Position numbers and translations under genes: made by a program. From NCBI GenBank assembly GCA_945859975.1, contig CAMAPH010000043.1, forward strand, positions 1 through 22,400: DNA of 22,400 bases. Reading direction: 5' to 3'. This DNA is from Chthonomonas calidirosea (GTDB taxonomy: Bacteria; Armatimonadota; Fimbriimonadia; Fimbriimonadales; Fimbriimonadaceae). The notes under the pieces were generated by a model. That model did no database searches. It saw only the letters and a list, made by a program, of their open reading frames with translations, and was not told the DNA's origin. The stretch's first letter is position 1. Every line of letters begins with the position of its first letter. Below, one piece after another: positions 7,797 through 16,282 of the stretch.

Positions 7797-9667
7797 CAAG
7801 AGGAGAGGGTACCTGCGGGGTTCGGCAAGTGGAAGTAGAAGGTGGCACCTTTGCCAAGCTCCGACTCTGCCCACATCTCCCCTCCGTGGCGAGAAATAAT
7901 GCGCAAAACCGTCGCGAGGCCAATACCGGTGCCGGGGAACTCGTTGACCGAGTGCAACCGCTCGAACGGTTTAAAGAGCTTGCCCGCATGGGTTGGATCG
8001 AATCCGACGCCATTGTCTCGGACAAAAAAGTTGCCGTTTGACATTCCGACTTCCACCTTCGGCGAAGGTTCGTTTTGAGAAAACTTAACTGCGTTGCCAA
8101 TCAGATTATCGAGAACGGCCGTCATCAGTCGCTCGTCTGCATAGGCGGTCATTCCAGGTTCAATCTCGAACTCGATCTGCCAATCCGAAACCCTTCGATA
8201 CTCCGCCGCGAGTTCTTCGGCCAGGAGGCTAATGTTGACTTCGCGACGAATCAGCTCGGTTCGCGTGATTCGGCTGAGACTCAGAAGCGCGGTGATCAAT
8301 TCATCCATTCGCTTCGCCGCTCGTCGAACCCGGCCGACGTAGTCCAGGGCCTCCTCGTTCATCGTCTCGCCGTAATCGGCGATGAGGGCATGGCTAAATC
8401 CATCCACGGTGCGGAGAGGCGTCCGCAGGTCATGCGAAACCGAGTACACGAAAGATTGAAGTTCCGCGTTCGCGGCCTCGAGTTCTTGCGTTCTGGCTTT
8501 CACGAGTGACTCAAGCCCTTCGTTTAGGCGCCGCACTTCTTGCTCGGCGCGAGTCCGTTCAACGACTTCGCGCTCGAGCAGCGCCGCTTGCTCGACGGCC
8601 TTGTCTTTCGAGTTTCTTTGCGCGAGTGAGAGGCTGAAAAGCAGACCGGAAATGAGCACGCCGAGGAACGGCACAATCGGCACGTAGCGCCCACTGAGGT
8701 CCTGTTCAAATTCCGTGGTCGAAGCAAACGTGGCCATCCAACGGCGATTGCCGACCAGGATCATCTGCTTACTTTTGAAACGCGCACCGCTTCGAAACTT
8801 TGGACTTCGATAGATGAGTTTGCCGTCGCTGTCAAACGCTTCCATTGCAACCGACCGCGAGAGAACTCGAACTTCGACATCGGCAAAAAAGTTATCTAAT
8901 CGAATCGGGCTGTACACGAGTCCGATTACACGCTTCTTGCGTTCGGAAACGATCTTCGGCCCCGGGATGCGATCATATACCGGAAGAAAGAGCACAACCG
9001 AAGGTCTTGGGGCTTTCTGGTCGCTCACCAGTGTCACGACGCCGGTGGCGGCAATGCTCGCGGTCTCAACTGCCGTTAGAATTGCATCCCGTCTATCTTC
9101 CGATGTGAGCGAATCGTAGCCGATGGCATAGCGAGTGTTCGCCGTACGCGGCGAAGCGTACAGCAACGGTAGTTGCACACGATCTTTTGTCGTAGGAAAG
9201 ATCTTCCACGTTGGACCATTGATGAGCCGACCCTGGGCGTTCCAAGCGGATGCGTTCTCGGCGGTGATCCAGGGAGCAAACCCCGCCCCGGAAGCACCGT
9301 TCTGAACCGATTTGTCCAAAGACGCGCTAACCACCGCATCGAACTCTCGCAACGTCGGAAACCGAAAATTCGTGAAGATCGCCCCGATGCCTTGCAGGAT
9401 GATTGCTTGATCGCGAAGCTTCGATTCGATTTGAAATCGATTTCTGAACGCTTCAGACTCAAAACGTTCCGCATCGCGATTGCTTGCCGTACGAGCGGCG
9501 TACGTCCAAAGGCTGATGGTCAGGGCCAGAGTGCCAAGGAACACAATGTACGGCGCGAGGCGCTGCGCAACGCGGTGCTTGTCTTGAGTCCCAACATCGG
9601 CCAATCCACCCGAGGCAACGGAGCGCCCTGAGCTTTTGCGATCCGAGCTATCGTTGGAGTTGGACAT
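7796..9667 (-). CDS. CHASE-domain membrane sensor histidine kinase
   Basis: Two TM segments flanking a CHASE-like domain (AIGYD...RRDAI..A), H-box YSVSHDLRTPL, N-box NLIGNAVKF, G1 DNGVGF, F-box FKPFERLH, G2 GTGIGLA. Confidence 0.92.
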   Translation of the reverse strand: MSNSNDSSDRKSSGRSVASGGLADVGTQDKHRVAQRLAPYIVFLGTLALTISLWTYAARTASNRDAERFESEAFRNRFQIESKLRDQAIILQGIGAIFTNFRFPTLREFDAVVSASLDKSVQNGASGAGFAPWITAENASAWNAQGRLINGPTWKIFPTTKDRVQLPLLYASPRTANTRYAIGYDSLTSEDRRDAILTAVETASIAATGVVTLVSDQKAPRPSVVLFLPVYDRIPGPKIVSERKKRVIGLVYSPIRLDNFFADVEVRVLSRSVAMEAFDSDGKLIYRSPKFRSGARFKSKQMILVGNRRWMATFASTTEFEQDLSGRYVPIVPFLGVLISGLLFSLSLAQRNSKDKAVEQAALLEREVVERTRAEQEVRRLNEGLESLVKARTQELEAANAELQSFVYSVSHDLRTPLRTVDGFSHALIADYGETMNEEALDYVGRVRRAAKRMDELITALLSLSRITRTELIRREVNISLLAEELAAEYRRVSDWQIEFEIEPGMTAYADERLMTAVLDNLIGNAVKFSQNEPSPKVEVGMSNGNFFVRDNGVGFDPTHAGKLFKPFERLHSVNEFPGTGIGLATVLRIISRHGGEMWAESELGKGATFYFHLPNPAGTLSS

Positions 9668-9685
9668 GACCGAGTGGTTTGACTA

Positions 9686-12600
9686 CTATACGCGCAGCCT
9701 CAAAGTTATGATTTCAAACGGCTTGAAATCAAACGGAATGAGATTGTCGTTGACGTCCAATTCAACGAGCTCGTTTTCTTCTAGGTCGCAGACCGCGACA
9801 GAATGAACGGGGCGAGCGCAACTCAACTCGGCCCGACCTCGCGTGTTGTGGCACTCGTACAACCGCACGATCAGATCCGAGTTATCCTCGGCCTTCTTGA
9901 CCGACTCGATCACGATGTTCCGGTTCTCGACCGAAACGAAAGTTGGGAGCATGCCGTTTTCCCCTGCATGCTGATCGAGCAGAGCGTGGCGCATCGGCGC
10001 GTTGAGGGCATAAGCCGCCGTAACGACGCCGCCAATGTTGTACGGGCCAAAGTGCGGCATGACCACATAGCTGAAACGATGCACGCCCATGTCGCACGTG
10101 GGATCTGGGGCTTTCGGTGCGCGAAGAAGGCTGAGGCGAATGACGTTGCCGTGAACGTCGTGGCCGTATTTTCCATCGTTGAGCAGCGCGAGACCACATT
10201 CGCCTTCGCTCAGATCGACCCACTTTTGGGCGCAGACCTCGAACTTAGCCATGTCCCAAGAAGTGTTGTAGTGGGTCGGTCGCTCGACGTTTCCGAACTG
10301 GATTTCGTAGGTCGCTCGGGACGCGTTAACGTTCGCCGGGAACGCGACCTTCAACAGCTTGTCGGTCTCTTGCCAATCGATCTCGGTGTCGAATCGGATG
10401 CCCGGGGTTGGTCCTAGCGAGATCCGTTGGCGGATCGTACTCTTACCAAAGGTCCGAACGATCTCCACCGCCGCCCTCACCGGGCCTCGCTCGACCACCT
10501 CAATGCTGTCGCTGCGAAGTAGATCGACCTGAGTTTCGTAGGCAAACGCGTCAATGTCCCAAGCGCTCCAGAACAGAGGTTTGTCGTCGAACAGTTGGAA
10601 GACGTTTGCCAGCTTGCCGGGCTCGATGAATTCAGAACCGTCCTCTAGGCTCTGGATGCTCGTGATGTTTCCGTTTTGATCGAAGCGAACGCTGAGTTCG
10701 CCATTTTCGATGCGGCGAATGCTTGCCTTCAGCCGGGGTTTTGCGGCCGGGAATTGCGGTGGGAGCGCGTCGGACAGATCGCCGACGACCACCGTTCCAA
10801 GCGCGCATTGGGGCACCGGGAAAACCAGTTTACGATCGCCCAGTCCCTCGACAATTTGGACGGGCACGATTTCATCGGCGGTGATGAGCGAATTCGGCAC
10901 GACGGCATCGCTCCAAGGAATTTCGCCTTGCGTGACTAACAAGCCGTTTTGGAAAATTGCGACGGGTCGCTGAAGTGCGGTGGTGTCGCAAGCGCGCCCG
11001 ATGCGGGTCAGGCTATCCGAGATGACCCGCTCGCCGATTTCGATTACCTTCGCATAATCGACGTTGCTGTCCTCATAGACCTCCTTTACCGAGGACCCAG
11101 GAATGATGTCGTGGAATTGGTTAAGCAAAACCAGCTTCCAGGCGGCTTCAAGTTCGGCCTTGGGATAACTCTGCGGATAGCCGGGCGTAAAGCTGGCGAG
11201 CCATTCGGCATCGCGCAGCAGGAACTCACACTGGCGATTCAGCTTTTTGTTGGCGGCTTGGCTGGTGTAGGTTCCGCGGTGGAGCTCGAGGTACAGCTCG
11301 CCCACCCACGTCTGAAGATCTTTCGATTTGGACTTTGCCTCGCGGAAGAAATCGACGGCTCGCTTGCCAAGCGCGACTTCGGGATAGTGCGGGGCCATTC
11401 GGCCACGGCGCAAGAACTCGATGTGCTTTTCCGTCGGTCCGCCGCCGCCATCTCCGAAGCCGTACACATACAAGGACTGATCGCTCCGGGCGTGATCTTT
11501 GAAGTTCTTGACGGAATACAGAACTTCCTTCGGTTCGGCGCTCGCGTTATAGGTATCCGCCGGTGGGAAGTGCGACCAGACACGGGTGCCGTCAATTCCC
11601 TGCCACCAGAAAGTATGGTGGGGGAATTTGTTGAACTGGTTCCAGGAGATCTTCTGCGTGAGGAAGTACCGGATGTTGAACTTCGACAGGATCTGGGGCA
11701 GAGCCGCAGAGTAGCCAAACACATCGGGCAACCACATGTCGAGCGTTTCGTAGCCCAGCTTCTCGCGGAAGTATAGCTTGCCGTACAGGAACTGCCTGAC
11801 TAGCGATTCGCCGCCCGTCAGGTTGCAATCGGCCTCCACCCACATCGACCCAACCGGCTCCCACTGGCCCTTGGCGATAGCGCCTTTTACTTTCTCGAAC
11901 AGCACCGGATAGTCGGTCTCGAGCCACTCGTACTGGCTGGCTTGGGAGTGGACAAAGACGTACTCAGGGTAGCGATCGATGAGGCCCAATTGGGTGGCGG
12001 TGGTGTGCGCCATCTTCTTGCGGGTGATGTGGATGGGCCAGAGCCATGCGGTGTCCAGGTGCGCGTGGCCGACGGGAGTGATGGTGTGCTTCAGTTCCCC
12101 GTTGAGGCTACCGAGGGCATCCCGGATGAGCTTTCGGCATCGACTGATGGTTTCTCGGTTCTTCGGCGAAAACGTATTACAGACATCGTTGAGGCCTCGC
12201 AGGAGGGTGTGGTACGCCGGGTCATCACCTTGAATGCTCTGCGTGAGGCCCAGGGTGAATTCGAAGTCGTAAATGAGGTCCCGGATCGCGTAATCGACGG
12301 CAGCGATTCCAGCGAACTCGACCTTCTCGGTGGTCGCCGATCGCGGCTTTTCATGGCCGTGGACCACGGTTTCGGAGTTTCGCGTGTAAACCTGGATCGT
12401 GTAGGAGACGGCTTCCCTGCCGGTCGCCGGGACCTCGCGACCGGCTAGTGCCGCACCGCTGAGCCAGCCGAAATCGCTATGCTCAACATCAACGCCGCAC
12501 CAGGGGGAGTTATCCTTCCAAACCGTTCGTTCGCCGCCGATTTCGGCGAAAACGACAAGTGCCTTTCCGGCAAGTGAATCCGGGACAACGCCGGAGAGAC

Positions 12601-12808
12601 GGAACCAAGCCGTGCGGTAGGCAGGGCCGTAGGCGAAGCCAGGTTCGACGGTTTGCCAGGGGCCGAGTTCCGCCTCGGCTTGATCGGCGCAATCGCGCTC
12701 GTTGAACTCAATTTTGAGGGGAGTCCGATCTCCGAATTCGGCAGGCCGAAGGGTTTGCCAGAGGAACGCCTGTGCTCGGCGAAGGGTCAGATCGGGGTGT
12801 TTGAGCAT
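9686..12808 (-). CDS. alpha-mannosidase, glycoside hydrolase family 38
   Basis: GHAHLDTAWLWP, GGESLVRQ, WLPDVFGYS (nucleophile Asp), GDGGGGPT, ELYLELHRGTYT, LNQFHDIIPGS; no signal peptide. Confidence 0.96.
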   Translation of the reverse strand: MLKHPDLTLRRAQAFLWQTLRPAEFGDRTPLKIEFNERDCADQAEAELGPWQTVEPGFAYGPAYRTAWFRLSGVVPDSLAGKALVVFAEIGGERTVWKDNSPWCGVDVEHSDFGWLSGAALAGREVPATGREAVSYTIQVYTRNSETVVHGHEKPRSATTEKVEFAGIAAVDYAIRDLIYDFEFTLGLTQSIQGDDPAYHTLLRGLNDVCNTFSPKNRETISRCRKLIRDALGSLNGELKHTITPVGHAHLDTAWLWPIHITRKKMAHTTATQLGLIDRYPEYVFVHSQASQYEWLETDYPVLFEKVKGAIAKGQWEPVGSMWVEADCNLTGGESLVRQFLYGKLYFREKLGYETLDMWLPDVFGYSAALPQILSKFNIRYFLTQKISWNQFNKFPHHTFWWQGIDGTRVWSHFPPADTYNASAEPKEVLYSVKNFKDHARSDQSLYVYGFGDGGGGPTEKHIEFLRRGRMAPHYPEVALGKRAVDFFREAKSKSKDLQTWVGELYLELHRGTYTSQAANKKLNRQCEFLLRDAEWLASFTPGYPQSYPKAELEAAWKLVLLNQFHDIIPGSSVKEVYEDSNVDYAKVIEIGERVISDSLTRIGRACDTTALQRPVAIFQNGLLVTQGEIPWSDAVVPNSLITADEIVPVQIVEGLGDRKLVFPVPQCALGTVVVGDLSDALPPQFPAAKPRLKASIRRIENGELSVRFDQNGNITSIQSLEDGSEFIEPGKLANVFQLFDDKPLFWSAWDIDAFAYETQVDLLRSDSIEVVERGPVRAAVEIVRTFGKSTIRQRISLGPTPGIRFDTEIDWQETDKLLKVAFPANVNASRATYEIQFGNVERPTHYNTSWDMAKFEVCAQKWVDLSEGECGLALLNDGKYGHDVHGNVIRLSLLRAPKAPDPTCDMGVHRFSYVVMPHFGPYNIGGVVTAAYALNAPMRHALLDQHAGENGMLPTFVSVENRNIVIESVKKAEDNSDLIVRLYECHNTRGRAELSCARPVHSVAVCDLEENELVELDVNDNLIPFDFKPFEIITLRLRV

Positions 12809-12811
12809 CGG

Positions 12812-12836
12812 CGGAAGTTACGATTCTACACTTCCG
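12812..12836. promoter_or_regulatory. 7-bp inverted repeat enclosing the putative -10 box of the GH38 gene
   Basis: CGGAAGT (12812-12818) - N11 - ACTTCCG (12830-12836); minus-strand TAGAAT at 12823-12828 lies in the spacer. Confidence 0.4.
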
Positions 12837-12857
12837 GGCGTAAAGGTGCTTTTCGTG

Positions 12858-12879
12858 ATTGAGTACTATAGTACTCAAT
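12858..12879. promoter_or_regulatory. perfect 22-bp palindrome, putative operator over the -10 box and start codon of the DprA-like gene
   Basis: ATTGAGTACTATAGTACTCAAT is its own reverse complement; contains TACTAT/TATAGT and the first two bases of ATG 12878. Confidence 0.7.
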
Positions 12880-13816
12880 GTTGTCGAGGGAGATTGACGT
12901 GGCTTTGGTTGGTTTGTACCTACGCGGGTTCGGCGTTTTGCCTTGGCGCGGCTGGAGAAATATTGCGAATTTATTCTGGCGAAATGTCCCTTCGCTGGCC
13001 GAAATGCCGAGCTTGCTTCGAGAGCATGGCTTTCGCGAGGCGGCCATGGTCTTGGAGATTCCCGGGCATCTCGATGCGGCATGGGATCTCATCGAAGATC
13101 AGCGGGCGTTGTCGCCCGCAAATCCATTATTTCCAGCGCGATGGCGGCAGTCGAAGTTCTGTCCGCCGGCCGTTTGGGCCAAGAACCTAACGCGGTTGCC
13201 ACCGGATGGCATGTTGCCGCTGGCGGTAGTGGGTTCTCGATTTCCGCCGGAAAGATGTTTGAGTTTTGTTTCGGAGGTTGTTCGGCAACTAGAGTCGTCC
13301 GAGGCGGGTACCGCTTGGCACGTTGTTTCGGGAGGGGCTGAAGGGTGTGATGTTGCGGCGGAGCGGGCCAGCAGTTTTCCGGTCAGCATTTTGCCGTTTG
13401 GTCTGAATTTTGCGCGGTCGGACCATGCTTGCTTTAGCGTGGTTGCGCCTTCGGAGCCATTTGGGACGATCAATGCGATGGAGCGGAATGCGCTGATCTT
13501 TGCATTTGGGGCTCGGGCGATTGTTGGGCATTGCGAGTTGGGCAGTGGCGGGGCTTGGCATGGGGCGGTGGGGGCGCTTCGGGCGGGAGAGACGCCGGTT
13601 GGCGTTTACACGGGCGAAGCGGTGGGTGGCGAAGGGTTTGGCGGTGATGGGGGTGCAATTTTTTCGGGTGCCGTTTTTCCGGGGGCGAAGGGGTTGATGT
13701 CGGCGCGGGCGGTGCCGTTGCGTGGGGTTTCGGATGCGGTTGGGTGGGTGCAGAGCGAGGTGCCGCGGCGGCACTTGTTTGAGGCGGAGGAGGTTCGTTT
13801 GGCTTCGGTGGGCTAG
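12878..13816 (+). CDS. divergent DprA/Smf-like (SLOG Rossmann-fold) protein
   Basis: LAVVGSR, VVSGGAEGCDVAA, F...AMERNALI, GGAWHGA..AL match the order of the DprA core motifs (AIVGTR, IVSGLARGID, RNRII, SGSL.TA), but are diverged and shortened. Confidence 0.72.
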   Translation: MLSREIDVALVGLYLRGFGVLPWRGWRNIANLFWRNVPSLAEMPSLLREHGFREAAMVLEIPGHLDAAWDLIEDQRALSPANPLFPARWRQSKFCPPAVWAKNLTRLPPDGMLPLAVVGSRFPPERCLSFVSEVVRQLESSEAGTAWHVVSGGAEGCDVAAERASSFPVSILPFGLNFARSDHACFSVVAPSEPFGTINAMERNALIFAFGARAIVGHCELGSGGAWHGAVGALRAGETPVGVYTGEAVGGEGFGGDGGAIFSGAVFPGAKGLMSARAVPLRGVSDAVGWVQSEVPRRHLFEAEEVRLASVG

Positions 13817-13859
13817 GTTTGGGGTGAAACGGGTCGGACCTCGGTACCATCTCCGAACA

Positions 13860-14876
13860 GTGAAGGCGATTGTAAAAGCGCGCCCGGCGCCCGGGATTGA
13901 GATTCATGAGGTTGATGTGCCCTCGGTTGGGCCGCTGGATGTGAAGCTCCAATTGAAGGCGGCCTCGGTTTGTGGGACGGACCTTCATATTTACGAGTGG
14001 GATGCTTGGTCGGCGGGGCGGATTGTGCCGCCGCGGATTATTGGGCACGAGTTTTGCGGGACAATTATTGAGGTCGGGGCGGAAGTGACCGACCGGAAGG
14101 TGGGCGACTTTGTTTCGAGCGAGTCGCATGTGGTGCCGCTGGATAGCCCTTGGATGACCGCCGGGCTGGGGCATGTGGCGCCGGAGACGAAGATTTTGGG
14201 CGTCGATATTGACGGCGGGTTTGCCGACTTTGCCGTGATGCCTTGGTGGAATGCTCGGCTGACCAGTCCTTCGGTTCCGCCGCATTTGGCTTGCTTCCAG
14301 GATGCTTTTGGCAACGCGGTGCATACGGCGATGGCGGGGCCGGTGGCGGGGCAGACGATTTTGATCACCGGTTTGGGGCCGATTGGGCTTTTTGCCGTCG
14401 CGGTTTGCCGGGCGCTGGGGGCGGCTCGGGTCGTCGGGGTGGAGCCGAGCGCTTATCGGCGGCAGTTGGCGGAGACCTTGGGCATTGATGCCGTGTTTGC
14501 TCCCGACGCGGTCGGGCTCGCCGCCGAGATTGGGACGGTGGATGCGACGCTGGAGATGTCGGGGCATCCGGGGTCGCTACGGCTGGCGATCGAGCAGACT
14601 CGGCCCGGAGGGCGGATTAGCTTGCTCGGCGTTTATCGTCAGGCGACGCAGGAGCTTCCGATTAACGACGTGATCTTCAAGGGACTTCAGCTTCAGGGGA
14701 TTGTGGGGCGGAAGCTTTGGGAGACTTGGGATCAGATGGCGGAGCTTTTTGCGAGCGGCCGGCTTCATTTGGACCCGGTGGTGACGCACCAGATGCACTT
14801 TACGGAGTTCGAAAAGGCGATGGAGTTGCTCCAGATGGGCCAGGCGGGCAAAGTCGTGTTCACCTTCGACGCTTGA
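13860..14876 (+). CDS. tdh: L-threonine 3-dehydrogenase-like MDR enzyme
   Basis: SVCGTDLHIYEWDAWS, IIGHEFCG, ILGVDIDGGFA, FGNAVHTA, GLGPIG, LEMSG, VIFKGL.LQGIVGRKLWETW; GTG start at 13860. Confidence 0.88.
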   Translation: MKAIVKARPAPGIEIHEVDVPSVGPLDVKLQLKAASVCGTDLHIYEWDAWSAGRIVPPRIIGHEFCGTIIEVGAEVTDRKVGDFVSSESHVVPLDSPWMTAGLGHVAPETKILGVDIDGGFADFAVMPWWNARLTSPSVPPHLACFQDAFGNAVHTAMAGPVAGQTILITGLGPIGLFAVAVCRALGAARVVGVEPSAYRRQLAETLGIDAVFAPDAVGLAAEIGTVDATLEMSGHPGSLRLAIEQTRPGGRISLLGVYRQATQELPINDVIFKGLQLQGIVGRKLWETWDQMAELFASGRLHLDPVVTHQMHFTEFEKAMELLQMGQAGKVVFTFDA

Positions 14877-14916
14877 TTCCGCCCGGCTTTTGGGGTTTAC
14901 TATTGCTCCCGCAAGT

Positions 14917-14992
14917 GGGGATATAGCTCAGTTGGTAGAGCACTTCCATGGCATGGAAGGGGTCAGGGGTTCGAATCCCCTTATCTCCACCA
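14917..14992 (+). tRNA. tRNA-Ala (anticodon GGC)
   Basis: 76 nt; acceptor stem GGGGATA/TATCTCC with G3:U70, D arm AGCTCAGTTGGTAGAGC, anticodon arm CTTCC-ATGGCAT-GGAAG (A32-U38), T loop GGTTCGAATCC, encoded CCA. Confidence 0.98.
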
Positions 14993-15038
14993 CTACTCTT
15001 TCGTCCGTTTTGGACGCTGCGGCGGACCGCTTGGGACA

Positions 15039-15077
15039 GAATTAATTAACGTTCCCCCTCAGGCGAATTAATTAATT
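15039..15077. repeat. paired AT-only palindromic motifs
   Basis: GAATTAATTAA at 15039-15049 and 15065-15075; also a 10-bp inverted repeat (15040-15049 / 15068-15077). Confidence 0.75.
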
Positions 15078-15103
15078 ACACGCTTTTGGGGGCGCTTTGG
15101 GTG

Positions 15104-15136
15104 GCCTTGCGTGGCTCTGCATTGCCTTGCGTGGCT
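15104..15136 (+). repeat. 13-bp direct repeat, 20-bp period
   Basis: GCCTTGCGTGGCT at 15104-15116 and 15124-15136. Confidence 0.7.
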
Positions 15137-15422
15137 GGTTTTTTCGCTCGATTGCCGGTTGGCTTTTGGGCCAAAAATTTATTACTTACACTTCCCGCGT
15201 TGGGGGAGAAACATAAATTTCTGTTTTTCGACGCGCGCGGCTCACAGTGCATAGGCGCGGAGGAGGGCAAAAGTCAACCAGGGATTTTGCGGATTTTGGG
15301 CGATCCTGATTCCCGCTGGCTCACTTTATTGGAGTCGGAGAGAGAGGAACGACCGCTGGAGCGCGGAGGCTGGCAACGGAAGGGCTGTCTTTAGTCTGAA
15401 CCAATCGGAAGATCATAGAAGT

Positions 15423-16067
15423 TCAATAATCAGATTCAGACTTTGGCAGAACCGAGACGGAGCTCATCGCCTTAAACAGAACCTGACATGTTTCGTCTTC
15501 CGGGTTGGGGCAGCTTGACGGAGTTTTAGCAACAACAAAATCCTTTAGTTTGCTTTCAGCCGGATAGAACCAGATGAGCGTACTACCATCGGTGAAGTGC
15601 CAAACTTCACCGTCCTCGACAGAAATTGTGTTATAGAAAGTGCTGATTGGTGAGACGAGGTTTGGCGAGCCAAATCGGGCTATGAGTCCTTTTCTCAGTC
15701 TTTCGGAGCCAGGAATCTGACTGTAGTTGTTCTCCTTTGAAGGGATATTGGTTACGAGCGCCGGCTGTAGCCAGATGATATTCTCCTTTGGCCCTTGCAA
15801 CACAATCTTATGGCCAAAATTTCTTCGAGATGAACGTTTCTCAAGTCCGGTTCCGTCGAAGCATTCGTATTTTCTCTGAACGGATCCCGGCGTCGGTGTA
15901 GTCATCGTTAGACGGTCAATACTTAACGTGGTACCGGCGGTCACGGCCTTTGGAATTTCATAGATGATCCACGCGGTGACCCAGAAAATAACGCCCACGA
16001 CAATGAACGCAATCCTGACCCGGTCATCGTCGCGCCATGTTTGAATGAATTCGATTATTCGGTTCAT
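15423..16067 (-). CDS. hypothetical membrane-anchored protein
   Basis: 214-aa ORF, single N-terminal hydrophobic helix (IAFIVVGVIFWVTAWII) then a soluble domain; no family recognised. Confidence 0.7.
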   Translation of the reverse strand: MNRIIEFIQTWRDDDRVRIAFIVVGVIFWVTAWIIYEIPKAVTAGTTLSIDRLTMTTPTPGSVQRKYECFDGTGLEKRSSRRNFGHKIVLQGPKENIIWLQPALVTNIPSKENNYSQIPGSERLRKGLIARFGSPNLVSPISTFYNTISVEDGEVWHFTDGSTLIWFYPAESKLKDFVVAKTPSSCPNPEDETCQVLFKAMSSVSVLPKSESDY

Positions 16068-16282
16068 CCTATACCTGCTCAGTCAAATTCGCTCTTCACA
16101 GCTTAAGTGTGTCCAAGTCATTTTCCGGCGTCGGAATCGGACCGAAAAGGCGCATGCATCGGCGCTTATGGAGCTCACTCAACATTCTCGACTCCAACAT
16201 CATATCCTGCCCTATCGTCGGCGAACGGTGCACCTTTTGCCGTCCCTTTTTTTCACTAGAGGCTTTACTATGAAAATGCAGT

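Noticed and set aside
13470..14567. Long antisense ORFs (365 aa opposite tdh; similar ones opposite GH38, gltX and the dehydratase)
   Set aside because: Shadow frames of GC-rich, skewed coding sequence; Pro/Arg-rich and without motifs.
15200..15235. dif/Xer site suggested by ACATAA and local AT richness
   Set aside because: Only 6 bp match the XerD arm; no XerC arm at the correct spacing.
15086..15394. 102-aa ORF sharing WAKNL with the DprA-like protein
   Set aside because: Five-residue match only, no further similarity; the ORF spans repeats/hairpins and looks spurious.
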